Shown: positions 10,847-23,817, counted from the stretch's first letter. The stretch is 64,000 bases of DNA from Phaeosaccion multiseriatum (GCA_965112735.1 OZ218956.1:744001-808000), one strand, 5' to 3'. Program-made: numbers and translations. Notes: generated by a model from the letters alone, not told the origin.

Positions 10847-12791
10847 ATGCTCCTTTTGGGGCTGCGGAGGTCGGGGGGGGCTGCTGCGGCAGCGGCTGCC
10901 AACAGCCTGCAGCGACTGGGTGCGCCGCTGCACACGAACCCATCAGCTATGAGAGTGGGGGGGGCTCGTGAGAAGGTGCTGGCCCGAATCCGCTCCGTTC
11001 AGGAGAAGAAGGGGTTCCAAACCATCAACAAGACTCCGCGGGACAGCGACATGCTTGTCGTGGGCTGCGGCATTGCCGGCGCGTCCGCTGCCCTCAAAGC
11101 CGCGAGCATGGGACTTCAGGTTACCATGCTTACTTCGGCGATGGATCCGCTGGACTGCAACAGCTACTGGGCGCAGGGCGGCATCATCTACAAGGCCAAG
11201 GACGACCACCCCAGCCTGTTAGCGGACGATGTGTGCACTGCCGGAGCCGGCATTTGCGACAGCGACGCCGTCATGAAGCTCGCTCTGGACGGGCCTGGTC
11301 GAGTAGAGGAGATGTTGCTGGGCATGGCAAAGGTGCGCGCATCCCTCTTTGCTCTCAGTGCACATACACACAAAAAGGATACACACATTTTCTCTAACTC
11401 CTTTAGACCCCTCCAAATCTTAGGTGCCCTTTGACCGCACCCCCGAGGGCGAGCTGGCCCTCTGCCTGGAGGCCAGCCACAACCGCGCGCGAATCATTCA
11501 CTGGAGAGACCAGACGGGAAGGGCCATTACGGAGTGCGTGCAGGCTGCGGCTGCCACGCACCCCAACATTCGCCTGGTGCGAGGGGCGACTGCGGTGGAC
11601 CTAGCCCTGGCGTACGGCGGGTCGGCAGCGGCGAGCAGAAGTGGTCCGAATGGCTACGGAGGTGTGCAGTGTGTCGGGGCCCATGTGCTGGTGCAGGAGG
11701 AGGAGGGCGCCAAGGCCCGACTGGAGACCATGCTGGCCAGCAGCACTGTGCTCGCCACGGGGGGGCTGGGCGACTTGTACGAGTACACGTCCAACCCCGC
11801 GAGTGCGCGCGGCGACGGCTTTGCAATGGCGCTCCGGGCAGGCGCCGCGCTGAGAAACATGGAGTATGTTCAGTTCCACCCGACCACTCTCCCCGTGGAG
11901 GGGGATCGCAGCTTTTTGCTCACCGAGGCCTTGCGTGGCGAAGGTGCGATCCTCAGAGACTCTGACGGACGAGCCTTTGCCAAGGATTACCACCCGCAGG
12001 GCGAACTGGCGCCAAGGGATGTGGTGAGCAGGATGATTGTGTCGGAGATGGACGCAAGGAGGGAGCCCTACATGTTCCTGGACATTTCCCACCGGGACGA
12101 GGATTGGATCCGACGTCGCTTTCCCGGGGTGTACAAACACGCCCTGGCTTGTGGATACGATATCACCGCCGGGCCCGTGCCCATTCAGCCCGCCGCACAC
12201 TACTTTTGCGGGGGCGTCATGACCGACCTTAGCGGACAGACCACCCTCCCGGGCCTGCTGGCGGCGGGGGAGGTGGCATGCACAGGTCTCCACGGAGGGA
12301 ATCGCCTGGCGTCCACTTCTTTGCTCGAAGGCGTGGTGTGGGGCTGCTCCTTGGCTGAGCACCTCACCAGCCCCGTGGAAAGCGGCACCAACGTTACCAA
12401 CCTGGAGGCCCTCAGCGCTTCCGCCGGCAATGCCTCTCTGATTCCCCACGACCACCGCGGTCTGGGCCTGCCCGATGCGGACCCCGAGGGCCTGGAGGCT
12501 GCGTGGAAGCTTCTTCGCCGCACTATGACGGACAAGGTGGGCGTGGTGCGTACTGAGCGGAGTCTGCGAGAGGCGCTGGAGACCCTGGACAAACTGCACG
12601 CGCAGGCCAAGGCCATCTACGGACAGACGAGGCTGTCTCCCCACACCTCGGCCCTAAGGAATGCCACGGACACAGCTGGGATGATTGCCCAGGCGGCCGC
12701 GGCAAACCCAGAGTCTGTGGGGACCCACTACCTTGAACCCGAGGAGGACGAGAGCTTTGGGGAGGAGGACGAATCAATGTTGGCGGCGTAG
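10847..12791 (+). CDS. nadB: L-aspartate oxidase (NAD de novo synthesis)
   Basis: FAD-binding VVGCGIAG, SYWAQGGI, EASHNRARIIH, VLATGG, QFHPT, LLTEALRGEG, ELAPRDVV, AAHYFCGG and GLHGGNRLASTSLLE; one intron at 11333-11423. Confidence 0.93.
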
Positions 12792-12832
12792 GCACATTGT
12801 TTGTTTGTCGGGGCACCCCCCTCTTTTTTTAA

Positions 12833-13079
12833 CACTCGATTTGCGTAAGAATCGCCCAAATCGCCCCCAATAAATTTTTTGGACACTTGTAGCAAAGTGA
12901 GACGCTGGGAGAAGCGCTGTAGCTCTGCGTGTAGCTTTGAGATGTCGATCGATCCATAGTCTTTCGGCCTTCATCGCTTTTTTCCCTTCCCTACTTGTCA
13001 GCATTTCTGCAAGAGCACTCCCCCTTGCCGCCCGACCCCCAAAACGGGCGATTTGAGCGATTCTTACGCCAATCGAGCG
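12833..13079. mobile_element. Non-autonomous piggyBac-like MITE
   Basis: About 34-bp terminal inverted repeats with 3 mismatches (CACTCGATTTGCGTAAGAATCGCCCAAATCGCCC ... GGGCGATTTGAGCGATTCTTACGCCAATCGAGCG). TTAA flanks both sides (12829-12832 and 13080-13083); no internal ORF. Confidence 0.75.
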
Positions 13080-13175
13080 TTAAAAAAATTGATTGAGCCA
13101 GTTGGCAGTTGGAGCTACTGGCTGGGTTCTTCCAAATACAATGCCGAAGTACAATAATCTCGCAGGAAATTAGTG

Positions 13176-15939
13176 TCAGTGCCGGTCTGACTTGGTCATC
13201 TTGGCCATGTCGAGCACGCGCAGCAGCTCGTGACTCTCGAAGGGCTTGGGCAACACGCCACTAAAGCCGCTGCGGCGGTACAGCATGAGGTCCGGCTCGT
13301 CGAGATTGGCGGTCATCGCGATGATGGGCAGGCGGGCCCTGAGGGGTTGATATAAGCAAAGAAGAAAGCGTTAGCTGTGTTCGGTGTTTCCCTATCCCAC
13401 TCTTCCTTCGCCACTCGCTCCGGGAGGGAGACGCACCCGTCCTTTCGGAGCTGCATACACACGTCCATCCCGTTGGTACGCTGCATGACAACGTCCAGCA
13501 GTATCAAGTCCGCGTTGTCGTCCACCGGGGAGTCCCTGCACATGTGGTCAATCAAGTCGCCGTCCTCAAGCGTGCGGACAGAAGTATATCCGAGTTCGGA
13601 AAGCATAGTGGTTCCGACCAGTGCGACAATGGGGTCATCGTCCACTAGAAGCACTCGAAAGCTGGCGTTCTGCTCCAAGTCGGGCGGTTTCCCGTCTCTC
13701 GGAGGGGGCTCGGCGCTGGCAGAGGTCGCCGAACACTCCTGGAAAGACCACACAAAAGGGAGGAGGTCAGAGCAAAATTATGTGGGCAACTCAATCCCCT
13801 GCTAAGGATTGCTACCAACCTTAACCTCCTCCGCCAGCTTATCCGACGCATCATCACTGCCGAGGAGCAGAGATGATGTGTTGGTGGGTCCATCTCCCAC
13901 CCGTACGCAGCACCAAAAGAGGTGTGTGAAGCCCGGCTGAGGGGCCTCCCCAGAGCCGAACTCCGCCGCCATTTCCGTGACAATTTTGTGCACTGCTTGC
14001 AGCCCGAGCTTTGCAGCGTTCTCCTCTCCCTCCCCGTCGTCCATAATCTCGACCCTCAGGCTGTGTGCGCAGCAGCCGGTAATGAAGCATGTGTTTTTTA
14101 GGTGAGTAGCTGTGTCAGGGGAAAACACCAAAAAGTACCAACTTACCCAGGCTTTGCGGCTTGTCGTTCTGGAGTCATCCACGCCATTCTTAAGCAGACC
14201 TTGCCTTGACAGCGCGAAATTGCGTTGAGGAGCCCGAAAAAGCAAATCTCCCGGACACGAGCCAGGTCCAGCTCCACCACGGGGGGCACCTGAGCTTCCA
14301 CCACGCAAGTGACGTTCACCTGCGTTTGAAAGCCTCGAGTCTGCTCAACAACATCGGCCGCTAAGTCCCGGATACCGACTCTCTTCAGACGACACACACG
14401 CGGGGAGAGGTAGCCTTGTCAGAAAGGCATGGGGTTCGGCTACATTCCATTCCACCACGCACTCACTCACTCACCTGTGCGCTTCTCCGAGGATGCAGCG
14501 CGCCATACCCAGAGCTTAGCTTGTCGGCCTCTTTGGCGCAGAGCTGGGCACAGTAGCTCATCGTCTCCATGCCATCCAGGGCGAAGGCTCCGTCATCACC
14601 CCATGCCTCCAGCACCTCTTGCATGCGATTGCTGGGGGCTTGCCCTTGCCTTTGCCCGTCTACTGACTCTCGCATCCCCTCCACCAGCTCACACGTGTCC
14701 ATAATGACGCGCAGAGGGTCCCGTATACCCAAACAGGTCCGACCCACTACCGCACAAAGCGCCTGTTGGGGAGAGATACGATTCCTCAGATCCTCCGGAG
14801 GGAGGGGTGGGGGGGGGAGTGCACGCCCCATACAGACCTCTTGTTCGCCCACACTCCTCACTGCCTTTTGCACGTGAAAAAGCTCTCGCCAAAAAGCCTT
14901 CCGTCGGCTTCTTTCACAAGCGTAGGCTAGTGAAATCGTGAGACAGCAAAACGCAGTCGCCCAGAATAGCAAAGCCACCTGAGGAAGGATGACGTTCCCT
15001 TCAGTATCAATCCAATCTCACTACCCCAGAAGCGTCGGAGGCTGAGCAGACAAACCTACCTTCCACTCTGCGTTTGTGAGTCGAGAGAGAATCAGCCAAA
15101 GCCACGCACTTGTTCTCACACCCGCCGCCATGGCAGCCGCCATCCAGCAGGTGGAGGACAGCCCTGTTTGTTGGGGGGGGGGGGGGCACGGCAAACGTGA
15201 AACATTTGAGAGCCACCTCTCTCAGAACGCGCCAAGTCCGTCGGTCGTCACTCACCAACAGAGAAATACCCCAGATTAAAAAACACATGGGTGAAGAAGC
15301 TCGTGAGCCAGTACTCTACACGAGGCATAGAGGTGCTGCTTGGACGCAAGCAGTTCCATTCATGGACAACCTGAGCCAACAGAACCGCCGTTTCGCCCAG
15401 AAGGCCTGTGCGCTCCCCCCAACCAAAGCTCATCCTTGTCCAGCTCAGGACGAGCGCCAAACAGTAGAAAGGCGAGCCTGGAAGCAAGGCATGTTGCGAG
15501 AGGATCTGGAACAAAGCCGGCTTGTACGCCGCAAGCAAGTGCTGGACCGCTTGTTGCAATGTCAGCAAGAGCAGCATGCAGAGCCTGACGGGATGCACAT
15601 TGTGCTGGCCAGACCACTGTACAAAGAGGCTTTCCTGTCCCGTTGAGGAGAGAGAAAGAGAGGAGAAACGCGTGAGGAGCACAGAACAGAGAGGAGGAGA
15701 GAGGAGCGAGAGAAGCGAGGAGAGGAAGATCAGCAAGGGGAGAGCTGATCACTACCGAGCTCTGCCCTCACTATCCAATAACGCACCGTCTCGGGCTGAA
15801 GAAACTTTAGTGTTGTGCTTGAGATCTTGAGCTTCCTCAATGTATCTCTGTCCAAAAGCGCCTGCTTGACTGCTGTAGTTGGTAGTAGCTTTCTCTGGCT
15901 GTGCTGCCCTGGGGATGCCGCGCCGTTGGCTCCCTTCAT
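13176..15939 (-). CDS. Multi-TM hybrid histidine-kinase-like protein with degenerate kinase core and C-terminal receiver domain
   Basis: Receiver: RVLLVDDD...LILLDVVMQ.TNG...LPIIAMTAN...GFSGVLPKPF. HATPase remnants: DLARVREICFFGLLNAI, LRVEIMDDGEG and LGLQAVHKIVTEM. HisKA-like CLGIRDPLRVI. N-terminal hydrophobic segments end in YACERSRRKAF. Confidence 0.7.
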
Positions 15940-16044
15940 GAGGGGAAATTAACACCTTTCTGGGGATGATATTGATGAGGAACACGTCGGAAGTCAGTGA
16001 AAGCCAATACCGCCAAAAAAGCATTGGAAAAAAGGAGAAAACAA

Positions 16045-17299
16045 ATGGACAAAAAGGCCGCAGTGATTTTCGACGTTGGCAGTGTGCATGTGCAATGTGG
16101 ATTCGCAGGGGAGTACCGGCCGAGGTGCGCCCTCCCCTCTCCTGGTGCGGCTGCGACGACTGCAGATTGGACGCTCTTCCTGGATAGAGTGTACACTGAG
16201 TATCTGCAGTGCCGTCCAAGTGAGCGCAGAGTGGTGGTGTGTGAGAGCTTGGTTTGCGAGCAGTCACAAAGAGAGAATTTGAAACAGGCCCTGCTGGCAT
16301 CTCTGGGAGCACCTCTGCTCTCTTGCTCTCCGGGGCCGTCCTTGGCACTGTTTGCCACGAGCTCGAGTACAGGTCTTGTGCTAGACATAGGGGATCGAGA
16401 GGCACACATCATGGCGGTGTGCAGTGGTGTTGTCGTGATGAGGAGCATTGGAGTGTACGCCTTGGGGTGCGAGGCCATACGGAGAGGCTTGTTTACTGTG
16501 CTCCAACAGCAGCTTGGAGGACAGCCGTACGAGGGCAACGCCATGGGCGCACTGCTGGATAATATATTGATGCGGTCCTGCCTATTGCAAGTGGGAGGTG
16601 TACCCGCAGAGGAGCAAGTAGCGGACTACCACTTTTTGTTCAAGGGGGGAGTGCGAGTCTCCATCCCAGGGGTGAGTGCATTGCAGTTTGTGGGCACACC
16701 GAGAGTGTTGCTTACCTCCGCCCTCGTTTCGTATGTTGCTTGCGGCAGTCCGCCCGAATATTAGTGCCTGGGGAGGCGTTTTTCGGCGGAGACGACGAGG
16801 TAAGGGCTCGCCCCCCTGTGGGATTGGCTGGGCCTTTATTTCACGCCCACTGTACCTGTCTGCTTCCATTCACCCCAAGCAGTGCAATACCTTGGCCACG
16901 GTAGTGCTAGATTGCTTGGAGAGGTGCCCACAAGATGCACGGAAAGGGGTGGCCAGCCACATTCTAGTCACCGGCGGAGGGGGGATGATCCCAGGCCTGT
17001 GCGGTCGTCTAAAGGAAGAGATTTTGCTTCTCGCAAACAGCGACAACAGGTATTCGTGGGCAAGACCCATGGCGGGCGTCATCCGGATGGTCAAAGCCCC
17101 GTGTGCACGGTCGCACATGGTGTGGCAAGGAGCGTCCGCCTTTTTCGGGAGAGAAGGTGAGAGAGGACTGCGAGTTGCAACGTGTGGGTGGTGCGCACAC
17201 AAAGGCACTCAATGTACATTTATTTCATCCTTGTGCCCCGCAGACCTCCCTGCCCACATCTTTTCGAAGGAGCTGCCCGACTGGATGTCGGTCGGCTGA
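16045..17299 (+). CDS. ACTR10: Actin-related protein 10 (dynactin Arp11)
   Basis: AAVIFDVGSVHVQCGFAGEYRPRC, YLQCRPSERRVVVCES, GLVLDIGDRE, ILVTGGGGMIPGL and a C-terminal LPDW. Confidence 0.8.
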
Positions 17300-17383
17300 G
17301 TGTGTGTACATATGTACATAAATTGTGCGGTGTATTTTTTAGAATCGCCTGGAGGGCGAAACCATTCAGCTACAAGACTGGGA

Positions 17384-18528
17384 TTAGACAGCGATGGAGT
17401 ACTTGAGAACCGGGGTCGTGCCCGGGGGCTTTTGAACGTCCACTGCACCGGCCACGCCCAGTCCCAAGGGCTCCAACAGCTCATCCTGATCTTCTTCCAT
17501 GGCGCAAATGTCTCGGACTTGGCGTTCGTTGACGTTGGCCGGGTAGAAGGGAGGCTGCAGCTGGAACACTTTGGGCGCAGAAAAGGGGTGGACTACGCTC
17601 CCGGTGTATATGACTGTTGTGGGTGCCGACTGAGTCTTTTCAAAACTCCGTGAGGCCGAGGCTTGGGGGCACGGCACTCTGTCGAAAACGACTCGACCAC
17701 CCCGCCCAACGCGCCCCCTACACCGGAATTTGAAGACGGGCTCCACGCGTGCCTTGTCCTCGTGGACAGTGTACGACGGTAGCTGCGGCTGGACTGGTTT
17801 GTGAATGTCGAGCTCCGTATCACGAGTAGCAAGGGCATCCATGAATGAAGGAAGTACCGCAATAAAAAGCTTTGGCGCAGAAGTTCCTTCGTCTTCCCCC
17901 CCGTCCCCTGCCCGGCTCCCGCCGCCGTCTCCGCCCTTTTTGCTCTTCTTCTTCTTCTTGGACTTGTCTCCGCCTTCCCCTCCGTCACCCGCCCCCAACA
18001 CGTCATCATACTCTCCCAGCTTTAGTTTGAATTCCCCGAGCTTGATGGTCGGCGGTCGTGGCCTGCCGCTCGTGTCCGTGAGGTCGTACAGGGCTTGCTC
18101 AAACAGCTCTCTCTGGATGAGCAGAGCTGCTTGCTTCAGTCGCTCTCTGGAGCGGACCGACCCTAGCACGTCCAGCATTTTGGTAAAATCGCGCTTCAGT
18201 TGCTGCATCTTGCGGTAGCTTTCCGTGTCGTTCTTGCGGTTCCTGCGCAGCTTGTAACGCTCCTTTTCACGCGGCCGGAAAACCTTGATTTGTACAAAAA
18301 GAGACAAAAAGGGACGGGAAAATGTGGGCTCGCAAGCGGCGTGGAACACAAAACCCGGACGGTCACTTTTGTTACCAAGAAGTCAGGTTGGAAGTGTGGC
18401 AAAGCCAGTAGGAGGTTAGAAAGGAGGGAGTGAGAGTGTGTGCAGTGGAGTGGATAATGGAGAGGTCACTTTTCCAAACAGGCTTGGGCAAGCCGGTCAA
18501 CTGTCCAAATGACTCTCTCTCTCAAACA

Positions 18529-18562
<34 letters not shown>

Positions 18563-19426
18563 CCTTGTGTGGGTCAGTATCGCCGGGCGATGTGACTGGC
18601 CAGAAGCGTCGCAGTAAGGATTTACCGAGTTTTTGGCGCTTGGCCTTCCAGTATGCGTACACGTGATTCCACACATCCTCGTGCTCCACCTTGCTCATGC
18701 CCAGCTTGGACACAAACAGAGCCTCCGCTTGGGGCTGCAGAACTAGGCCGCCCATGCCCGTGGCCTTTTCCATCACATCAATCATCCGCTCCAGCTTGGG
18801 GCCATCTAGTTTGCCAGCTCCGGGCTGCTGCAGACCGTAAACCGGATGCTTGCGGAGCCACGTGTGGTCCTCTAGCTCCAAGTCGTACTCACTACAAGTA
18901 AAGTCCTCCTCGTTGGCCGCCTGGTGCTTGCTGTAGCGTATATAGCCCACAGACAGAGGGAATGTGGCCGGCTGCTCCTGCTCGTACTCTTTGACGTGGT
19001 GAATAATCGGCGTCGGAATGTCCTTCTTCTTTGTCTCACGCACCTGTTGTATTGCGCGTGAGCGTTATGGGAGTAAAAAAAAGGCGCGGCCGAATCGAGG
19101 AATTAATAACAAATCTAATCGGACGACAGCTAAGTGAAGAAGCGTCCTGCTACTTGTGTGGTAAGTACGTGCGAGCGACCGGGGTACCTTTCCAGCCATC
19201 TCTATTGTTTGAACAACACTTGCGACTGTACAACTTGTTTTGTTTCGGTTTTGTCCCGCCCACGCGCCCTCCAAAACACGCCACCCACCTCTGGCTTGAA
19301 GGCCTTGCCCTTGTCCATTCCATCCTCGTCCTCGTCATCGTCGCGGCACTCCTCGCGGAGCAGGGGAAGGGCTTGAAAGATGCCAACGATCCGGGGCACG
19401 TTCTTCTTCACCGCGGGCGTGGTCAT
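17384..19426 (-). CDS. EPL1: Enhancer of polycomb-like protein (NuA4 subunit EPL1/EPC)
   Basis: DIPTP..V.EYE, YIRY, EYDLELED..WL, VYAYWKAKR...SLLRRFW, DTDPHKVFRPRE..KLRRNRKND and C-terminal RGRVGRGGRVVFDR. Confidence 0.85.
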
Positions 19427-19642
19427 GGTGCTAGTCACCTGCTAGGCACTCGCACGGCGGAAATACACAGAAATGGGAAAGGGAAGAACCGAGGGGAGGG
19501 CTACGTTCCTCTCTCTCTCCCCCTCCACCAGAGAGAGCTTAGAGAGCTTCAGAAAAAATCAAGTGTGGTTTCCGATCGGGATGTTTTCCCTGAGCCCTTT
19601 CCCCCCTTCCCAAATCCCCTTGCCCTCCCCACCCACATCACG

Positions 19643-20512
19643 ATGACAATCCTATCCAAGCTTGTTGGAAAGCTTTCAACGGCTCGAGCGGAGAGAGCGA
19701 GGGTTGCGGAGAGGCTTGTCGCGCTCGCGCGTCGGAATGGAGACAAGGAGGAGCAGCGCTTGCTGGGGGAGATGGTTGCGAGCGGCGAGGCGGTCTTGAG
19801 CAGGAAGGAGAATGAATGCTTGTCGAGCATGCACGAGGCCATATTCCTTCACTCTGCGAGAAGGCTGGCCAGCTTTGAAAGATTGCTGCGGGAACTGGAA
19901 GCTCTGCTGGCCACCGCTGCCGGCCTTTCGCGCCTTTTGCGAACAGACAAGGCGTTCTTCCTGCACGCGCTCGAGAGGATGGCTGTGTCGTGCTCCTCTG
20001 AGGGGCAGTGCGATGGAGTTAGTCCCGATCACGACCATAACTACCTATCGTTTTGTGGTGGGGGCAGCGACCTGTGTCTCGAGAGGTGTACGGCATTTTG
20101 CCTGGCAACAACACGAGGATGGCCGGAGTCGAAGAGCATTTTGTTGGCGCTCAAGGTCTGCCTTCCTATAGCGCACGAGGAGGAGGCTACGCAAATTATT
20201 GTCACCCACGCGTGCGCCACGAAGGAGAGCGAGGAGGGGGGCGACGACTTGACACTGAGGGTAACTCTCTGGTCCGCCTCCGACACCCTCGTGACCAGTG
20301 TCAAGATCTGCGATACGACGGTGGTCGAGGGCGTTAGCAGCACCTGTTTGGGTCGCGTCAAGGTGGGCGGCGCCATTCCACGGGTCGCGACCAGCGGCGC
20401 TTTGCACAATACTCGAGGGTGCATCCACAATTTCGTTCTGACGGGTGTGGGGCACGCTGTCGTCATCTCCTTGCGGTGCGTCACACTGGGTTCAATGAGG
20501 ACCGACTTGTGA
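19643..20512 (+). CDS. Hypothetical protein (helical N-terminus, beta-rich C-terminus)
   Basis: Open frame of about 289 codons from ATG 19643, divergent from EPL1, with coding-like composition; no recognised motif. Confidence 0.5.
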   Translation: MTILSKLVGKLSTARAERARVAERLVALARRNGDKEEQRLLGEMVASGEAVLSRKENECLSSMHEAIFLHSARRLASFERLLRELEALLATAAGLSRLLRTDKAFFLHALERMAVSCSSEGQCDGVSPDHDHNYLSFCGGGSDLCLERCTAFCLATTRGWPESKSILLALKVCLPIAHEEEATQIIVTHACATKESEEGGDDLTLRVTLWSASDTLVTSVKICDTTVVEGVSSTCLGRVKVGGAIPRVATSGALHNTRGCIHNFVLTGVGHAVVISLRCVTLGSMRTDL

Positions 20513-20702
20513 CCATAACAAGGGCATTGCCTATTGTATTTACAGCTGATTTCGGAGCTGATGTATAATCGGTTTTTGGATATTCCTGTTCGGAAGCCAC
20601 CGCGATAGCCAAGGTCGAGGCTTACGGTGAGACAGGCCAGACTCTTCCTTCCCTTTCGCTATTCCTATGTTTTCTATGTACACACGTAACACTGCGCAGT
20701 GT

Positions 20703-22129
20703 TTACAAAAAGTATCTTCGTTTTGCACTGTTCATGTACGGCCGTAGGACCCACTCGTTCTCCGCCTCCAGCTGCTCGATGGTCCCCAGCTTGATCTGGT
20801 ACAGCTGCATCTCGAAACGAGGCCCGATTTCCTTGAGCACCACGTCGCACCCGTTCCTAAATTGACACGTGTGTGGGGCAAGGAAGGGCGGCGACGTATT
20901 GTGGACAAGCTACGATACAAACACAGAGAACACTCTCGGCGTCGATCCTTGGCCAGGGCAGGAGCCGGGGTGCTTTCGAAATGCATACCCTCCTACCGCA
21001 TTTCCACATGACACAGTACCAGGACGCATGCCCTAAAAAATTGTCCTACATAGGGGACACGCTCGTTATTTGACTGCCAAGAGAGGATAGTACTTACTTT
21101 TCGAAAACGTGGTGCCTGTAGCTAATGTAGTCGCTGTCATTGGCGAACGTCATGACGCGCTTGCTGTCCGCCTTGGGCACGGGGAAAATGTGCTTCAAGA
21201 TGGACACGACGCGCTCTCCCAGAGATGTCGAAAATCCGTCAAACACCAGGTGTGGATACGCCTGCGAGAAGAGTCCTTCACTCAGACCCAAGACAACAAG
21301 ACAAAAACAACACGGAGGTACGGTACCTCACCTCACTCATTGTTGCCCGCGATTCGATGTCATGCCTCAAGACACATCCGCTGAGAGAAAAATATGCCGT
21401 TGGGCCTAGCGGGAGATGGCAAACCACCAAGCCGTCTGGCTCCCCACGCGTTTCTTGAACCACCACAAGGTCCGAAAAATCATTTGTGCGACACGCGTCC
21501 AGCAGTTCCTCCACCTTAAAATAAAGGGTGGGTACAAAAAACGGATGAGACTACACCACCCCTGCTGGTCCTGCCTGCATGTGGTATAATAATCACCTTG
21601 TGATTTCCTCTGTTGATTCGCTGGGCACAAGGCACCACCAACTTGAGCTCCTTTGCGAACTGCTTGAGCCGACTACTTGGGTCCCTCGAGGTGGTCACGC
21701 ACACCTGCACCAATGCATGTCGCATGACCACGTCTGCAAACATGAGCGTGCAGTCTGTTTTCCAAAGCACTTGTCACACACAGACCTTGGGATCACGTAG
21801 CCCGGCCTGCGCGTACTCATCGTCGAGGTTCGTCCGCACTTGCTTACTCTGGTCGTCCTCCAAGGCAATATCGTGTCGCAGCTTACTCTCGGCATCGCGA
21901 AGCTCCGTGGGTATCGCCTTTCCTTCCTGCAAAGCCTCCCTGAGATGGACGTACGGTACGGGAAAGGGAGGGTCTATTCAGGCAAGCTCCTCCAAAAAAA
22001 TTGAATTAGAGCTGCTGAAAGACTGTACCTGATGGCGGTCTTCCTTTCATAGTTGACTCTCTCCTTGCCCTCCAGCGACTTGCGGTACAGATACTCCTTT
22101 CGAATACGGACCTGCCGACGAACGGCCAT
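20703..22129 (-). CDS. IMP4: U3 snoRNP protein IMP4 (Brix domain)
   Basis: [88 protein letters not shown] and EWVLRPYMN. Confidence 0.93.
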
Positions 22130-22289
22130 ACTTGCCCACGAGCCACAGAGTCTAAAGGGAAGGGGGCCCGGGATCCGACGGCGGAGTCCTCCAACAACCT
22201 AATCGCATCCACTTCTTTTCTTCTTTTTTCTTTTTTCTTTTTTCTCTTTTTCTCTCTTTTTCTCTTTTTTCTTTTTCCTTTTTCATCCA

Positions 22290-22719
22290 CTACTGTGATT
22301 TCGCGGTTGAGTGGCACTTTTGACACCCAATTAACGCCCCATTAATTTTTTTTTACGCCAAATGACGATTTTTTTGACGACGTTTGACGACGTTTGACGA
22401 CGTTTGACGACGCTTTAGCCCCCTATTTGACTATTTGACGCCCTTTGACGCCTTTTGACGCCTTTTGACGCTCTTTGACGCCCTTTGACGCCCTTTTCCG
22501 TGATGTTTTTTACGTGATTTTTTTTAGACGAAATTAAGGCGAATTAAGATAAAAGGGCGTCAAAGTGCGTCAAAGGGCGTCAAAGGGCGTCAAATAGGGG
22601 GCTAAAGCGTCGTCAAACGTCGTCAAACGTCGTCAAAAAAATCGTCATTTGGCGTAAGAAAAAATTAATGGGGCGTAATTTTGCGTCAAAAGTGCCACTC
22701 AACCGCGAAATCACAGTAG
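22290..22719. mobile_element. Foldback/MITE-type palindromic element with TA-flanked termini
   Basis: Arms of about 200 bp in inverted orientation; termini (C)TA|CTGTGATTTCGCGGTTGAGTGGCACTTTTGAC ... GTCAAAAGTGCCACTCAACCGCGAAATCACAG|TA(G). Internal 10-bp TTTGACGNNN arrays. Confidence 0.8.
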
Positions 22720-22721
22720 CC

Positions 22722-22853
22722 CGAATTAAGATAAAAGGGCGTCAAAGTGCGTCAAAGGGCATCAAAGGGCGTCAAATAGGGGGCTAAAGCGTCGTCAAAA
22801 AAAACGTCATTTGGCGTTAATTGGGCGTCAAAAGTGCCACTTAACCGCGAAAA
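22722..22853. repeat. Partial tandem duplicate of the right arm of the foldback element
   Basis: CGAATTAAGATAAAAGGGCGTCAAAGTGCGTC...AAAAGTGCCACTTAACCGCGAAA repeats 22540-22710 with deletions. Confidence 0.8.
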
Positions 22854-23225
22854 AAAGATGTCCTGACACTTATACCTAGTACTACCCATATGCCTTCACC
22901 TCAGACCTCTCTCCCTCAATACTAACTGCTGAATACTTATAATTGTTTGTATTGTGTAAGGGGGGGTAAATGCCATTTCCAGGGGGTGCCAAAGCAGGGC
23001 GGGCAGACGCGTCTGCCTCGCCCTTACTCCCATCCACCCCGTTGGATTCCCGATAATCCCACTCGTCCCCCCGGGCCGGGCGGGTGAGGAAACTTTTGCT
23101 GTCGCTGCCGTCTCCATCGCGCGGTGGACTGCTGGGCTGCCCCCTTCGCTGTCCTTCTCACCGCGCTGAGCTCTTCGGCTAGTGAGTGCTAGATTCTTGC
23201 TCTACCCCGGTGGGCTGAGCGTCCT

Positions 23226-23817
<592 letters not shown>

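Noticed and set aside
11601-12644. Long antisense ORFs opposite nadB and other genes
   Set aside because: Expected shadow ORFs of GC-rich coding sequence; no motifs.
19031-19642. N-terminal part of the 493-aa plus-strand ORF
   Set aside because: It is antisense to EPL1 exons and crosses the shared promoter; only the part from ATG 19643 is retained.
22370-22640. Short regularly repeated units resembling a CRISPR or iteron array
   Set aside because: The units are 10-bp tandem repeats without unique spacers, inside an inverted-repeat element in eukaryotic DNA; no cas genes are present.
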